From positions 21,216,169 to 21,280,168 of the forward strand of contig OZ316891.1 of assembly GCA_973895155.1 (NCBI GenBank): a DNA stretch of 64,000 bases, in the 5' to 3' direction. The DNA comes from Marsupella aquatica (taxonomy: Eukaryota; Plantae; Marchantiophyta). The notes beneath the pieces are model-generated. The model had not been told where the DNA came from and did not search any database. It saw nothing but the letters and a program-made list of their open reading frames with translations. This document shows positions 1 to 13,100 of the stretch, in pieces (position 1 is the stretch's first letter; the number at the start of each line of letters is the position of its first letter). The position numbers were made by a program, and so were the translations under genes.

Positions 1-18
1 TTAGTGAAGTGTATTCTA

Positions 19-143
19 TACGTAAATCCTGTCAGGAAAAGAGGTTACCGGTGTGTAACCATTTCTACAGGGGCCTGCTATAGTCATAATCTGGTGTCCT
101 GAAAAGTTGAGCTGGTAACCTCTTTCCTGGCAGGAGTTACGTA
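19..143. repeat. Imperfect ~30-bp inverted repeat (foldback/MITE-like fragment)
   Basis: tacgtaaatcctgtcaggaaaagaggttacc (19-49) is nearly the reverse complement of ggtaacctctttcctggcaggagttacgta (114-143). Confidence 0.6.
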
Positions 144-159
144 CACTAATGCAGGGCAT

Positions 160-334
160 GGCTGGGGTTATAGGCTGTAACCTGCGTCCGGAATATTCAA
201 AGAAGCTTCCCGGCTGCCGCCGGTCAGTTTCTTTTCATATTCCGACAGGGCTGGGGTTATAGGCTGTAACCTGCATCCGAAATATTCAAAGAAACTTCCC
301 GGCTGCCGCCGGTCAGTTTCTTTTCATATTCCGA
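160..334. repeat. Tandem duplication, period 89 bp, 2 copies
   Basis: ggctggggttataggctgtaacctgc...cagtttcttttcatattccga occurs at 160-245 and 249-334 with few substitutions. Confidence 0.9.
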
Positions 335-1329
335 ACATCCTAGTAACCCTGCACCCAGACTTGCATTACCCTATACTTCAATTACTCTTAGAAGGGGTTC
401 CCCTAGAGAGAGGCCCCCAAGTTTGACTCGCCAGATCATTTCCCGCTCAAATTCCCGGCCAGTCGGCTCCGTCCCATCCCCTTCCTCCCGTGATAACCGC
501 CATCCCGTCGACGGGGTTCCCGTTCATTCCATTCTTCCCGTCCATCACGGTTTTCCCGTCCGTCCATCACGGTCTTCCCGTCAGCTTAGTCGATGTACCG
601 CCCGTCGACCCCGGTACTTACAAACACACTACAACAGAACACGAGAGAAGAGAAGAGAGAAGAAACCCTTCGACTCGACTAAAACCCTGAGGGCGGCCAC
701 AAGCAACGAAGAAAGTGAGGGAAAGACAGAAATCACACCATTGAAGCGGTTGAGTGCAGGGAAGGCGAGTTGGCAGAGGGCCCGAGCGAAGCGAACAGGG
801 GAAGAAGGAGCTGAGCGAGGGTTGGTGGTGTTGCTTTTCCTTCTCATCGTGGAAATTGGGGCTCCTGGCTACTTGTTAGCTCTAGATTCTTCTTGGTGGT
901 GTTCTTAGGCTTCTTTAGGCCTTTGTCCTTCAGCATTTGGACCCCGTTTTGTGGTGGTTATGGTGTCCTTTCTTCTTTTTGCAGTAAGTGCAATGAGTTT
1001 CTCAACGTCGTCTTGTGTCTAAAACAGCAGCAGCAGGGCACTCTTGCCGGTGAAGAAGAAGGCAAGGAAGTTGGCGAACAGCTTCTTTAGGGTAAGGAGA
1101 GTTGTCTCCGTCGTAGTTTGTTAGGGAGGAGCGAAGGCGGGAGGGAGGGATATATTGGTCTGTAGTCTGAGCCTTGCAGAATTCGGGAAGGGTTTCTTTG
1201 GAGGAGAGAACTGGAGACTGGCTGGGTGGATTCGTACGAGGTGTACATTGTGGATCTTGACTGATTAATCCAGCATCAGTCTGCTGCTCTGCGATTGAGG
1301 CAGGAAGTTGATATCGACTGCGTGCCAGA

Positions 1330-4300
1330 ATGTCTGCTCCTCAGACCGTGGACTTGTTCGGAGATCGACAGACCGGGCAAGATGTCCGGACTCAAAACGG
1401 TATGCCGGGCGCTTTCCATTTGGTTGCTGCTCACGCGAGATGTCTATAACGTTTCTGGAGTCCTGCATTACGGAACGTGGTTGTCATTTTATCGTATCTA
1501 TGTTGCGTCTCTGGAACCAACTGCATTGGCTTGGCGCTAATCGGAAGACTGGACGCTGTCTTGCTGTGGATTTTCGTCGTTTTCTTCTCTCCACTGCTGG
1601 GCGGGTGTGTTACTGCTTGATCCCGGGGTTCTCCGATGAAACTCATGGTGTGTGTGTGTGTGTGTGTATTTTGGGGGGGAAATTTGCAGTCATGGCCTGT
1701 CAAGCGCTGGCCAACATTGTGAAGAGCTCCCTCGGGCCTGTGGGCCTGGACAAGGTAGGCATTTCTCTCTGTGGATTTCTCCCTCTAACCACGAGTACCG
1801 AAAGCGAGTAAATCTGTGTCCTGCATCAATTCTTCGTTATGGGCCTCGACTGTTATAGTTTCATGTGATTGCTCTCACTCTTTGGGTAACTGGTTCTGGA
1901 TGGCATTATGGATAAGATCACAATATTTCCTCTTCATCATCGCGCATTGCTTGGTCAACGCAAGGGGAGCGTGACAGTCGTTCCATGATATTGTTTAAGC
2001 AGTGTGATGAATCTTCAGATTTGCCTAGACGGACATCAATTTATAATTCTCACCCTTGTGGCATTGCCTCTTCGCTTATGTTGGCCACGGAAGGAAGTAT
2101 TCGTTGTCCAATTGATGTCTTTGCCATGCTTGTTTGGAAATTAGGTCTTACACTAGGAATATGTGCTTTTCGAGTGCCTGCCTCGCGTTTATGTTGTCCC
2201 ATCTCGCGAAGAACTGCCCCTCAGTCTTCCTTCGACACGAAATTTGAAATGCTCTTTTCTACAGCTATCGGGTGATGAGTTCAGGGAGCTGTCTTGAGCC
2301 TCACGGATCAAAATTGCGATTGACTTAGTGGGAGGAGCTTGCCGTGTTCTCTCTAATTGACAAAGTTAGTCCTAAATCTTGTTAAATTTCTTTCTATGAG
2401 GCTTATTTGAGGGGATTGTGCAGATGCTTGTGGATGACATAGGTGACGTGACTATTACAAATGATGGTGCAACCATACTAAAAATGTTGGAAGTAGAGCA
2501 CCCTGCTGCAAAGGTACCTGTTATGTTGTCACGACGTCCCTACCGCCAAATCCTCAGTTTTTAAAGTGGGTGTTTGCCTCTAGCAGATTTGTGTCAGTTG
2601 TGACCTATTGTTTCTAGTAAAGGGACAGTAGTTGGTTCGCTTTGTTGGGCTTAAATGCAACTCGAATGACCTACATTGGTAGATTTCGGATTAGCTTTAC
2701 GGTGCTTCTCACTACGCCAACTTACCTAGAAGTGTGGTTGAGCAGGTTTTAGTAGAGTTGGCCGAACTCCAAGACAGAGAAGTTGGAGATGGAACCACTT
2801 CCGTCGTTATTATTGCTGCTGAGCTTCTCAAGGTAGTTCATGAAGTTATTGAGGAATGCGTATACTAAGAACTCGTATTCTGCTACGTTTGATACACTTT
2901 GCATCTAAAGCCTTTAGTGTGCTTTCTTCTATCACTTCAAATTTTGGGGGACAAACTATCGGACGACCATAGAAAGTTAGAGTTACCTGATCAAGAGGCT
3001 GCTTTTATTTGCAGAGAGCAAATGATTTGGTCAGAAACAAGATTCATCCAACGTCTATCATCAGTGGATATCGCGTAAGCTCTCAAACTTTTGGTGGGAC
3101 CATCAAGTTATATATCCTGCGCTTCACATCGGTAATTGCTAATCGCTGCAATGTGAGGTAGGTCTGGATGTGGTACTCATTATTCATCTGTGTGATTAAT
3201 TATTCCGTTACTGGATGTTTCAGCTTGCCATGAGAGAGTCTTGCAAGTATATTGAAGAAAAACTGGCAGTCAAGGTACTTCTGCACCTTTTTTAACTCCA
3301 GTTGATGCATTAAATCTGTTAGTCATTGTCTTAGGAACGTACCTCTGTTATATCCCGTATGGCCTTTAGAGGGCACACTGTGAAACGTCCATATTTAAAT
3401 GATTTCATTTGCACAGTGAATTTTATTTGAATTTCGCACCATCGCATTAGGTAGCAAACAATAGGATAGGACAATAGGATAGGACTTGCTGATGTCATAG
3501 AAGTTGAATTGAATATGTAGAAGAAAAACTTAAACATTCTTCATTAGGGGTTTAGGGGTGGTTTCTAGAAATTGGTTCCTTAAATTATAAAATAGACATT
3601 AATAACTGTCTTAAATATGTAATAAAATCAAAAGGACCATTGAGGATGTTACAGAGGTAGTGTACTGTAACCTCTTACACGTTTTACAAGACGAGACATG
3701 TGGTTGTTCACGTGGAAAGGGTTCGTATTAGCCTTCCCTTCGTCTCTTAGATTTGCGTAACAGCCCTATCATTTAGCTGAGGTGGTCGTTCTTCTAGTGT
3801 GATGTTTAGGGTTTAGGGTTTAGGTGGTTCCATAAATCCTTAGGAAAGTTATAACTGGCACCATCAGATCTCGCCCACCCTGATACTGTGATATTGTCTT
3901 TCAAGTCTTGACATTGCTGACTGTCGTGTCCCAGGTTGACAAGCTGGGAAAAGAGTCACTAATCAACTGTGCTAAGACGAGCATGTCATCCAAAATTATA
4001 GGAACAGACAGTGACTTTTTCGCGAAAATGGTATGCTCAAGTCACGTTACATGATGGCATTTTTTTGGTTAAATATGTTCCTTCGACTCCCTTAAACGGG
4101 AATTACTGTCTTGCATAAGCCTGTTGATTTTGTTTTATGAAGAGGAAATTCGTCTTCACATTTCTGGTTGCCAGACGTCTTAGTTTTATTCCATATTAAA
4201 TTATAGACGTCGGACGGCATGGTTAAGGACTTGCTTGGAGCGGCAGTTTAATCTCAACCGTTGAGTTGGAACGTCGTAATTTGACACGCAAGAATATGGG

Positions 4301-7300
4301 TCTTTTATATCATTGTAGCATTTCAAACAGTTTATTCTGCTACATGAATACTTGTGTTTCCAAACTGCAGGTGGTTGATGCTGTACTGGCTGTGAAATCC
4401 ACGAATGATAGAGGGGATGTGAAATATCCAATCAAGGTGGGTCTATGCAACTAATTTGAGTAGAGTAGCTTTTGTATACTTATCTGCTGCCACTACTGTC
4501 CCTGAGAGTTCTGTAGATTGAGAGTTCTGTAGATTAAGACTAATGGCTGAAAATATATAATCAGGCTTTCAATTGTCGTAGGATTAGTTTGATAGTAGTC
4601 CTTGTATTGACAGGATTTCCTGACTTGAATGATGATGTTTGGATGTCCAGGCTATAAACGTATTGAAGGCGCACGGAAAGAGTGCTCGAGAGAGTTATCT
4701 CCTAAATGGCTATGCTCTGAATACGGGCCGTGCCGCGCAAGGCCTGGCAAAGCGTGTATCTCCGGCTCGAATAGCCTGTCTTGATCTGAATTTGCAGAAG
4801 TCAAAGATGCAGATGGGCGTCCAAGTACTAGTCACGGACCCTCGGGAGCTTGAGAAAATTCGCGACAGGTAGCTATAATTGTATCCTGAAAGCAGCGTCA
4901 TCTTCTTTGAAGTTCGGTCTTCTCCTGAAAGGTGCAGCATATTCTAATTTCAGTTTTTGAACTTGTGCAGGGAGTCAGATATTACGAAAGAAAGAATAGA
5001 GAAGATTTTGAAAGCTGGTGCAAATGTGATTCTTACGACTAAGGGCATTGATGACATGTCTCTAAAGGTTTGGTGCTGTGGAAGATCCCATCCTCGGTCG
5101 GTTTCTCTTGATTTGATGCTTACCAACAGGACGGTTACCTTCGACGACAATTCTGCCGCCGATTCTGAGGATTGGGGAATTTAGATCTCTAGTCTGGTCC
5201 TCAATCTTTTGGACCTCGTTGTGGGCTATTCATCGACTCTCATTCTGTAAATATTGTGGATGGCAGTACTTTGTCGAAGCGGGCGCAATAGCTGTGAGGA
5301 GAGTTCCAAAAGAAGATATGCGCCATGTTGCCAAGGCAACTGGAGCAACTCAGGTAGATAAGCAACTTGGGCTTGTTTGCTAGTAACTACACATGCAATA
5401 TCTAATTCGTTGTCGCTTGCGGTCATTTTTTAACTCAAGTATTGTATAGCCGGTGTTTAAAGTGCATGTACTATATGTTTTAGGAGCTCTGGGCATTTGA
5501 TGTAAAGAAAAACCAAAGAATTGCAGCCTCAGATCTCTTGGTACTTCTGGAACGAATTCCCCGAGTTAGGGCATGTCTCTGATTCTGTTTTTGATTTTGA
5601 CGAACCCGCGGGTCTTGTTTTGTTGCAGGTACTTACATTTGCTGATATGGAAGGTGGGGAGACATTTGATGCTTCTTTCCTCGGACACGCTGAGGAGGTT
5701 GTGGAAGAAACTGTAGCTGACGACGATGTAATTCTTATCAAAGGAGCTAAGAGCTCAAGAGCGGTACGTTTGTTACCTCGATCCGTTTTGTGATAGTTCC
5801 TGTGAGTCGTGTTGAGCCAGGATGTTGTTGGAATCCGGTAGGTGCATATCTTCAGTTTGAAGTTTGAAGCTATAATCAATCTGAATTTGTAAGCACTGTT
5901 TATCTGGGTTTCCGTCTGAGTTCGGGGAGTGTGTCGTGGTGCTTGATTTTTCAGGTTTCTATCATCTTGAGGGGTGCAAATGACTACATGCTTGATGAAA
6001 TGGAACGATCATTACATGATTCTTTGAGCATTGTTAAGCGCACTTTGGAGTCCAATCTGGTATGTACTCCACCTTGATCATTTCGGTGACGGTGGACACC
6101 ATTTGCTGCCGATATAGGGATCGATTTTTATTCTTATTTTGTGTCGAGCTCTGGAGTTCGCTCTGTTATGGACGTATCTTATACACAATGTGAGAATCAT
6201 CATGCATAAGACTCTGTTTGGCAGGTTGTACCTGGAGGAGGGGCTGTCGAGGCAGCTCTATCAGTGTATCTAGAAAACCTGGCAACCACGTTCGGATCTC
6301 GGGAGCAGCTAGCAATTGCAGAATTTGCCGAGGCACTCCTTGTTATTCCCAAGGTACCTGTCCTTATCTATTAACTGCAAGGCATTATGCTATTGTTTTT
6401 CTCAATGCCCTTAGTTCCCCTGAGCAAAATATATCGTTACTTACAACAAGTTTGTCCTGGCATAGCCTTGCTAATATTGTTTGATAACTTCATCTTGATT
6501 TATACTCCATGTATTTCCATTGTTAAAATGAGTTGTGACCTTGTTGCCAGTTCTTGAACTACTCCACCATTTTGTTTTAGTGCATTATTCAAGTACCTTT
6601 CCTAAATTTTATTAATTATGCTTATTGCGGCACGGTCAGTTCAGAAGTAAGCAAAAATCATAGTTGCATGTGTTATAACATTAAATTGATACCAGTTTTC
6701 GCAGTTGTAACTATCGACTTGTTAAGTTTTTGCAAAGCTTCAATCAATGGTTTGAGCATCTCGTATCGAAATAGCTATCAGCAGAACAGTGAGGGCAGGT
6801 AGTTAATATCGGTGTCCTACTCGCAGGTGTTGGCCGTGAATGCCGCCAAGGATGCTACCGAGCTTGTTGCAAAACTACGGGCCTATCATTACAATGCACA
6901 GAACAAGCCAGACAAGCAACATCTAGCAGGGTAATCTTGTCTACCAAAATATTATTCAGAATATGGAAACTCACTCTTTCTGCGAAAACTCGGAATAGTT
7001 TTGCTCAGGCTATATTGCAAACAGAGAACTACAGTTGCTCATTGCTGTCAAATGTGGAGGTAGAAACTGGGACTTTAGGCAGGTCCTAGAACAACTCCTT
7101 CATCCACTTTGGGCAGGTCCTGGCACAATTCCTTCATCAGGCTGTGCACAAAGCTTAGAAGTTCTTAAGTATCAGTATCTGACAATGTTCATTGCAGGTG
7201 CGGACTTGATCTGATCAAGGGTGCTGTTAGAAATAACCTAGAGGCAGGTGTAATAGAACCCTCCATGAGCAAAGTGAAGATCATACAGGTGCGTGTCGTT

Positions 7301-7568
7301 CTTAACTAAACTAATTATTATTTGCGGGGTATGACGGTAGCACAGGGTGGAATATAGGCGTTTAGCTCCTTGTGTTTGATAGACTGTTGCGTTATTACAA
7401 TGAGCATTGCACTTGGTTTGAGGAGATTAAAATTCCCTCTTATTGTATTGTTGATTGGTCTTTCATGACTTTACTACTGTGCAGTTTGCAACTGAAGCGG
7501 CCATCACCATTCTCAGAATTGATGACATGATCAAGCTTTTTAAAGAGGAAGGTCAAGATGAAGGTTGA
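1330..7568 (+). CDS. TCP1: T-complex protein 1 subunit alpha (CCT1/TCP-1 alpha chaperonin), multi-exon
   Basis: Spliced translation: [24 protein letters not shown] (1330-1399), [21 protein letters not shown] (1690-1754), [30 protein letters not shown] (2424-2513), [19 protein letters not shown], and last exon [27 protein letters not shown] (7485-7568). The GT-AG introns checked keep frame, and the group II chaperonin motifs GDGTT and GGG are present. Confidence 0.97.
3342..3657. mobile_element. Stowaway/Tc1-mariner-like MITE inside a TCP1 intron
   Basis: TA|cctctgttatatcc ... ggatgttacagagg|TA: imperfect 14-bp TIRs, TA on both flanks and an AT-rich interior of ~316 bp. Confidence 0.5.
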
Positions 7569-8655
7569 TGATTGAAGTTTTGTAAGGTAGGATTGAAGCA
7601 TATTGGCTGGGTAACACTGACAAACATAGCACTAGTTCACGTCGTGCGCCCATTTTTGGTAGTGTAATCCATTGAAGGCTGCATAGGAATGTCTGTTACA
7701 GTAGTCTTTGATGGATGGATCATGTCAACGAGGATCTGGCAATTCGGCGTCATTTAATGAAATGCATGAAGTGGATGTCATTGAGCCGGTGGGTCTGTGT
7801 ATGTTTGCAAGCACTTCCCATCTTTATGAAACAACTTGCAGTTGAAGTACAGTAGATGATTGCGCAAGCTGGGACAAACTTGCAAGGACCTCCTGCGCTC
7901 GTTAAACATTTTGCAATTCAAGTACATGTTTGCACAAGCTGTGAATTTAAGGCTGATTTAAATTGGTCGCAAATGGATGGTGCAAAAGGGCATGCAAAGT
8001 ATAATCAAAAAGGACGCTAAATTCACTCACATTTCTGCACAATCTAAATCTATGTTGTCCTGAGAAGGCTGGGTGAAAGTGTGAGCCCAAATCAAGGCCT
8101 TGGGGGTAACAAGCCGCAATGTGGGTGGGAGGAAAGCAGGAGTGGGTGGGCAGCCGGTTGCAGGGCAGCTGAACTTCTGTTGGGAATCACAAGAGGGGAA
8201 TGGGAGGAAGGGGAATTAGGTGAACCTGGTCAACACGCTCGCCCAACCTGGCCTGGTGTCTTGATTTGCTAGACAACATTAGCTCATGACGAGACTTTTG
8301 TTTGACCAATGCAAGGCCGCACTTACTTCACCAAAGTTGATAGGAATGGACTCAACTCTGACTCAACAATGACCTGCACCACATACAAATCCACAAAGTA
8401 GCAAGGGACACTTGGCCATTATCTTGTTTCAAGCCTAACAAGCTTTTGTGATTTGATTAGCATAACCAAATCAAAAAAGATTTAGTCTTGCCATCATCTG
8501 AGACACAGGGTTTGCACCCATTTGCTTGTTTGGAGTCCCTTTACGAGGTACACTCTCTTCTTCCTAAATTTTTATTCCTCCTTGGTTGACCATCGGGCTC
8601 TAGGTCATGCCCATGGCCCTAAACTGATAGTTTGTCCTGGACCGCCTGCAGTATT

Positions 8656-8740
8656 ACAACTCACAAGATGCACTTTTGCTTGACAACACTTGTACGCAAC
8701 AACTCACAAGATGCACTTTTGCTTCACAACACTTGTACGC
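8656..8740. repeat. Tandem duplication, period 43 bp
   Basis: acaactcacaagatgcacttttgctt(g/c)acaacacttgtacgc starts at 8656 and again at 8699. Confidence 0.85.
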
Positions 8741-10179
8741 GACGGTATTCGACCCCCAATGACACTTGTGCTTCATAACACTTGTGCTAGACAGAATTTC
8801 CACATGAGTCTGGTCTATCTCCAAGTGAACCCCATGGACAAATCAATTATGGACCTCCCCTCAGCATTTCAAGTGCAGCTCTCCTTACCTGTTGCAATGG
8901 TGGTTTATCACCAAGACAAGACAGTATTATCAAGAAGCTAATGACAAGATAATCCGTAGCGAAAACACTGCAGCTAATCCCATCGCCTTTTGCAATGGTA
9001 GTTTAACACCAAGACAATACAAAGTATTATCAACAAGCTGATGACAGAAATCCATCGCAAAATCGCTCCGGTACTGATCCCACTATTTCAATACCTTTTC
9101 TTTCCCCAGTTAAGCAACACACCTGCGTCAGAAGCCCATGACTCGTCCAGCAAAATCTTGCCAACATGCAGCTACTCCACATGTAGGTGCCAAAGAATGT
9201 TGCGACCAATCGATTCAATGTATGAACTAGACAAAGAGTGTGGTCCATCTATTTCGTTTACATCCCGTTCTCATCTAGAACTCTGCCTGATATATAAAAA
9301 AGATATAACAAGGCTGTGTGAAACCAAAGTGCTCAAAAGTATCTCTTAATCACCATCAGGACCATATACAAGATATGCTTATCAGGCCGTGCAATAACAG
9401 CAGTGTTCAAACTCTTGAAAGTTTGTTCAATGGGTGTACAATATGGACACATAATGAGGAAGTGGAAACGCGAATCGCCGTCGGCAGAGTGCAGGCTACA
9501 AGATATACTGGCCCCTGGTATCATATTTGGCCTGTGCACGGTTGTTAACACGTGAAGTGAAATTGGACACACCACACAATCGGATCACCGCAATGTATGC
9601 ATGGCCCTGACATAGGTTGCAACCAATCCTCTCACAATACCTACCAAGTTTGCTCTTACCTCTGGCTTGAAACCCTCAGAATTTGCCGCTACAAAAACAG
9701 AGTGTTCTCAAGTTCTACAGTTTTGGTGGGGTATCTCGATGACGAGGCCACTCCTTGCGTTGTGCTGAAGTACATATGAAACTATCGCCAAAATTATTTG
9801 GAAATTCTAATCCTCCCAAGCCTTGATGGTTAGGGTAGGAATCACATTCAGAAGCGTCTACATTTATCACTGAGTACTGCGACTCTGTATGCATTGACCT
9901 TTGTGCTTGGGGGTGATATTCCTAATCGATACGTGTTTGCTCAAAACTCCTTTTGGAAAAAATCTGGGTTTGATGAAGGTGCGAGTTATAAACCAATCAA
10001 AATGCTCATCACACTCAGACCAAAATCTGCTTCAAGCTCCTTGACACATGTCTGCTGGCCATGAGAAGCAGTCCTTCCAACGTAACATGCTCAGCAATCT
10101 CGGCAGACGTCGCAGAGTCTAAGTAATATCTTGTGCTTGGAAGGGCGAATGTCGCTTGATGGTCAAGATGTCACTGATC

Positions 10180-13100
10180 TCACGTTGACATCGTGCTGTA
10201 GAGACGCTTCAATCCAGGACAAACTAATCGCATCCGAGCAAGTGCAGCAGAGGAGACCTGAACAATCACAAAACTTATCAATGCCTACCTTCTCCCCTCA
10301 TCCGGCCAACTCTAACAAGAACAAACACTTTACATTCTGAGTGCATAGCCTGTAAATGGCAACGTGATTCACTGAAACCACTCATAATATCTTTGCATCT
10401 CACCCTTGAGCAACTGCGGACATCCAACGTCTCCAAAAGATCACAACCCTGTATAGCTCGTTCTAACATTTCAGCTTCAATCCCACAAGACTGCCACGCC
10501 AATCCAGAAGAGCACTTCGTCAATGAAAGTTTTCTGACACTCCGGAAAATAGGGGACTAAATTGCACACAACACGTTATCATTAAACCTAAGGTAGATGT
10601 TCACATTTGTACCTCCCAAAAGCTAGATGCCTCTATTTAATCAAAGTAGCAAACGAATCTGTAAACTAGTCCAAGACTTATAATCAAGGAAATATCGGAA
10701 GGGGATCTACTGATAGGAAAAGATCTACAGACAATAAGTTTACACAACCGCAAATGAACATGAGGAGGGGTGCCCGTCGCTCAAACCTGCAGGAACAAAC
10801 TCAAAAGGCGGGGACAATCCAGCTGAAGCACCGCCAGTCCAGCACATTGACTGAAAACCAAGAACATAACTTAGTTTCTCTCATATGAAAGAATTCCTTA
10901 GCAAACCAAAACAGAACCGAATCTTTATTTCACGGGATTCATATTCACTTATCTTTAATGGACTCGCATATATTCATCCTAAATTAACCACAAAGCATTC
11001 CAGGGAGATGGGAGGCTGCGTGGAAATACCTCAAGTTTAGTGATGTTAAGTTTACACATGATAGGTGCACCTCCCGAATATTGACAGATAGGGATAGGTT
11101 GAGCGAGGACAAATGAAAGCAAGCTGCAAACCGAGGGATGAACACTTTTTTAATATGTGGGCATCCAACACAGCTGAGGTTCTGCAGGGCCCTGACAGGC
11201 CCTACTTCTGCATCCATGGATACATCACAATCCAAAAGGTCCAGTGTTGGGGTCTCCAATTCTGCACTTGGGCTGGCGACATCAGACACAGGGAAGTCCA
11301 TGAGTCCAGACATTGTAGGATCATTGCCAACCAATTTCTCCTTGTCCTCGATTTCGATCTGAGTGCAGCTGGAACAATTGCATCCCGAGATTGCTATGTC
11401 CTCTGGCTGCTCCCTTAGATTTCCTGGGCAATTATCTTGCTCAGGAGACAACAATACTTCGTTCATTCCAATCTCCTCAGCGCTGCTTACATCTCCAGAG
11501 GCAGCCGCTGTTAGAGGAGGAGACGATACCCGTGCCCATAGAAAATCTGTCACGTGGGTCAACCCATTTAAGCTCACATGAGATAGATGGGGGCACAAAG
11601 CCATTACTCCTTCAATAGCGGAATTCCCCAAGCTGCCGTACGACAAATCCAATTCCCGCAACTCCGGAAGCACTTTCCCTCCATGTAAGGCATTTAATGC
11701 TGTATCACTCAGATATTTACAGGCAGAAAGCCGCAAAACCTGCAGTGATCAAAACGGTCCTTCTTAGAACGAGAGCCTTGCTGAACTCGTTGCAAGTGCC
11801 GAGAGAGTGGGAGAAAATATTACGATCGAGAGGAAATGGCAATTATTTTTCTAGGAAAGTGTGCAACAAAAATGCTCCCAACTAGAAGTAGTCTGGAGAA
11901 AGAGCCCTAAGACTTCGAATCACGTCCAGCGTGAACAGCAGAAGGGCCAAGAAGCCTACCATACACTAGTAGGCGTTCCAGATATTCCAGAGAGAGAAAC
12001 TTCAACAGTGCAGGGTAAACAAGAGACGGACCTTCAAGCCAGGGCAAGCCTCGAATATCGGTGACAGGTCTGTCAGAAATGTATATGAAAGATCCAGAGT
12101 TGTAAGATCTTTCAACCTCTTCAGAGAGAGCAGCCCAACTGGTCCAACAGATGGACAAGATGCTAATACCAACGATTGTATAGACGGGCAAGAAGATGTC
12201 GTCTCGTCTAGGCAATCATCACCCAGTTGACTGGATCAACACAACGGATCACAAGCAGAGAACACATCAGCTTCCCAACAAGGCATGTAGGAGAATCAAT
12301 AAACCTCCTGTTTGAGGTGGAAATATAAATATTGACAAACAAGAGCACCTTTCAACCATACGAAAGAAAGAGTTGCCACCCTTGTAACCTACGTACCTGC
12401 AGTATGATGCATCAAGGGACATCAGGGCAGGGCAGCGGAGGACAGCTTGGCTTAAAACACCACATCCTCTTAGATCCAGACTGGTCATTTGTGATGCTTC
12501 AACCCGAAGCTTCTTCAAATGAGGGCAGATTCCAAGATTCAGAGAGAGCAACCCCACCTGTAGACGGTAGTCATGTCAGAACAGCATACTCACATTTCTT
12601 CAAAAGTGGAAACCAGACTGCAAAGCAACAACCAAAGGGAACAACAGGAACTAGAAATAACATTGAGCGGTGCTGATATGCACATATGGACAAAATCCCA
12701 ATACTATTTCACTCACAAAGATCGACAAATCCAGATTCCTCAAAGAACGAACGGCAACCAAGTCCATACATTCTTTTAAGTGGAAAGAAAAAGAATCTAT
12801 GCCTACCGGAGCAAAGGATGCCTCCGTCAAATGGTCACAACCGTCAAGATGCAACTGCTGAAGAGCAGGGCAGACCACCTTGAGTGACACTATGTTACGG
12901 CAACTGCCTAAAGAGAGGCTTTGAAGTGAAGAGGAAGCCAATTTGACATTATTTAAGCCCTGCTCCCCATACACAACACACGTCAGTACACCTAGCAGTA
13001 TTTGCCAGAGTCAGTGACAAGTTTCCACATAACGAGCGATGAGTAAGGACCATCGTAGCCACTCTTACAAAGAAAATTTTTCACATATTCCCGCGAATAG

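Noticed and set aside
423-1090. ORFs of 161, 66 and 65 aa upstream of TCP1
   Set aside because: Low-complexity promoter/UTR sequence with no recognisable domain.
8690-9780. Cluster of short ORFs between the convergent TCP1 and FBL15 3' ends
   Set aside because: Translations contain stops and no motif I recognise; possibly an old TE remnant, but unsupported.
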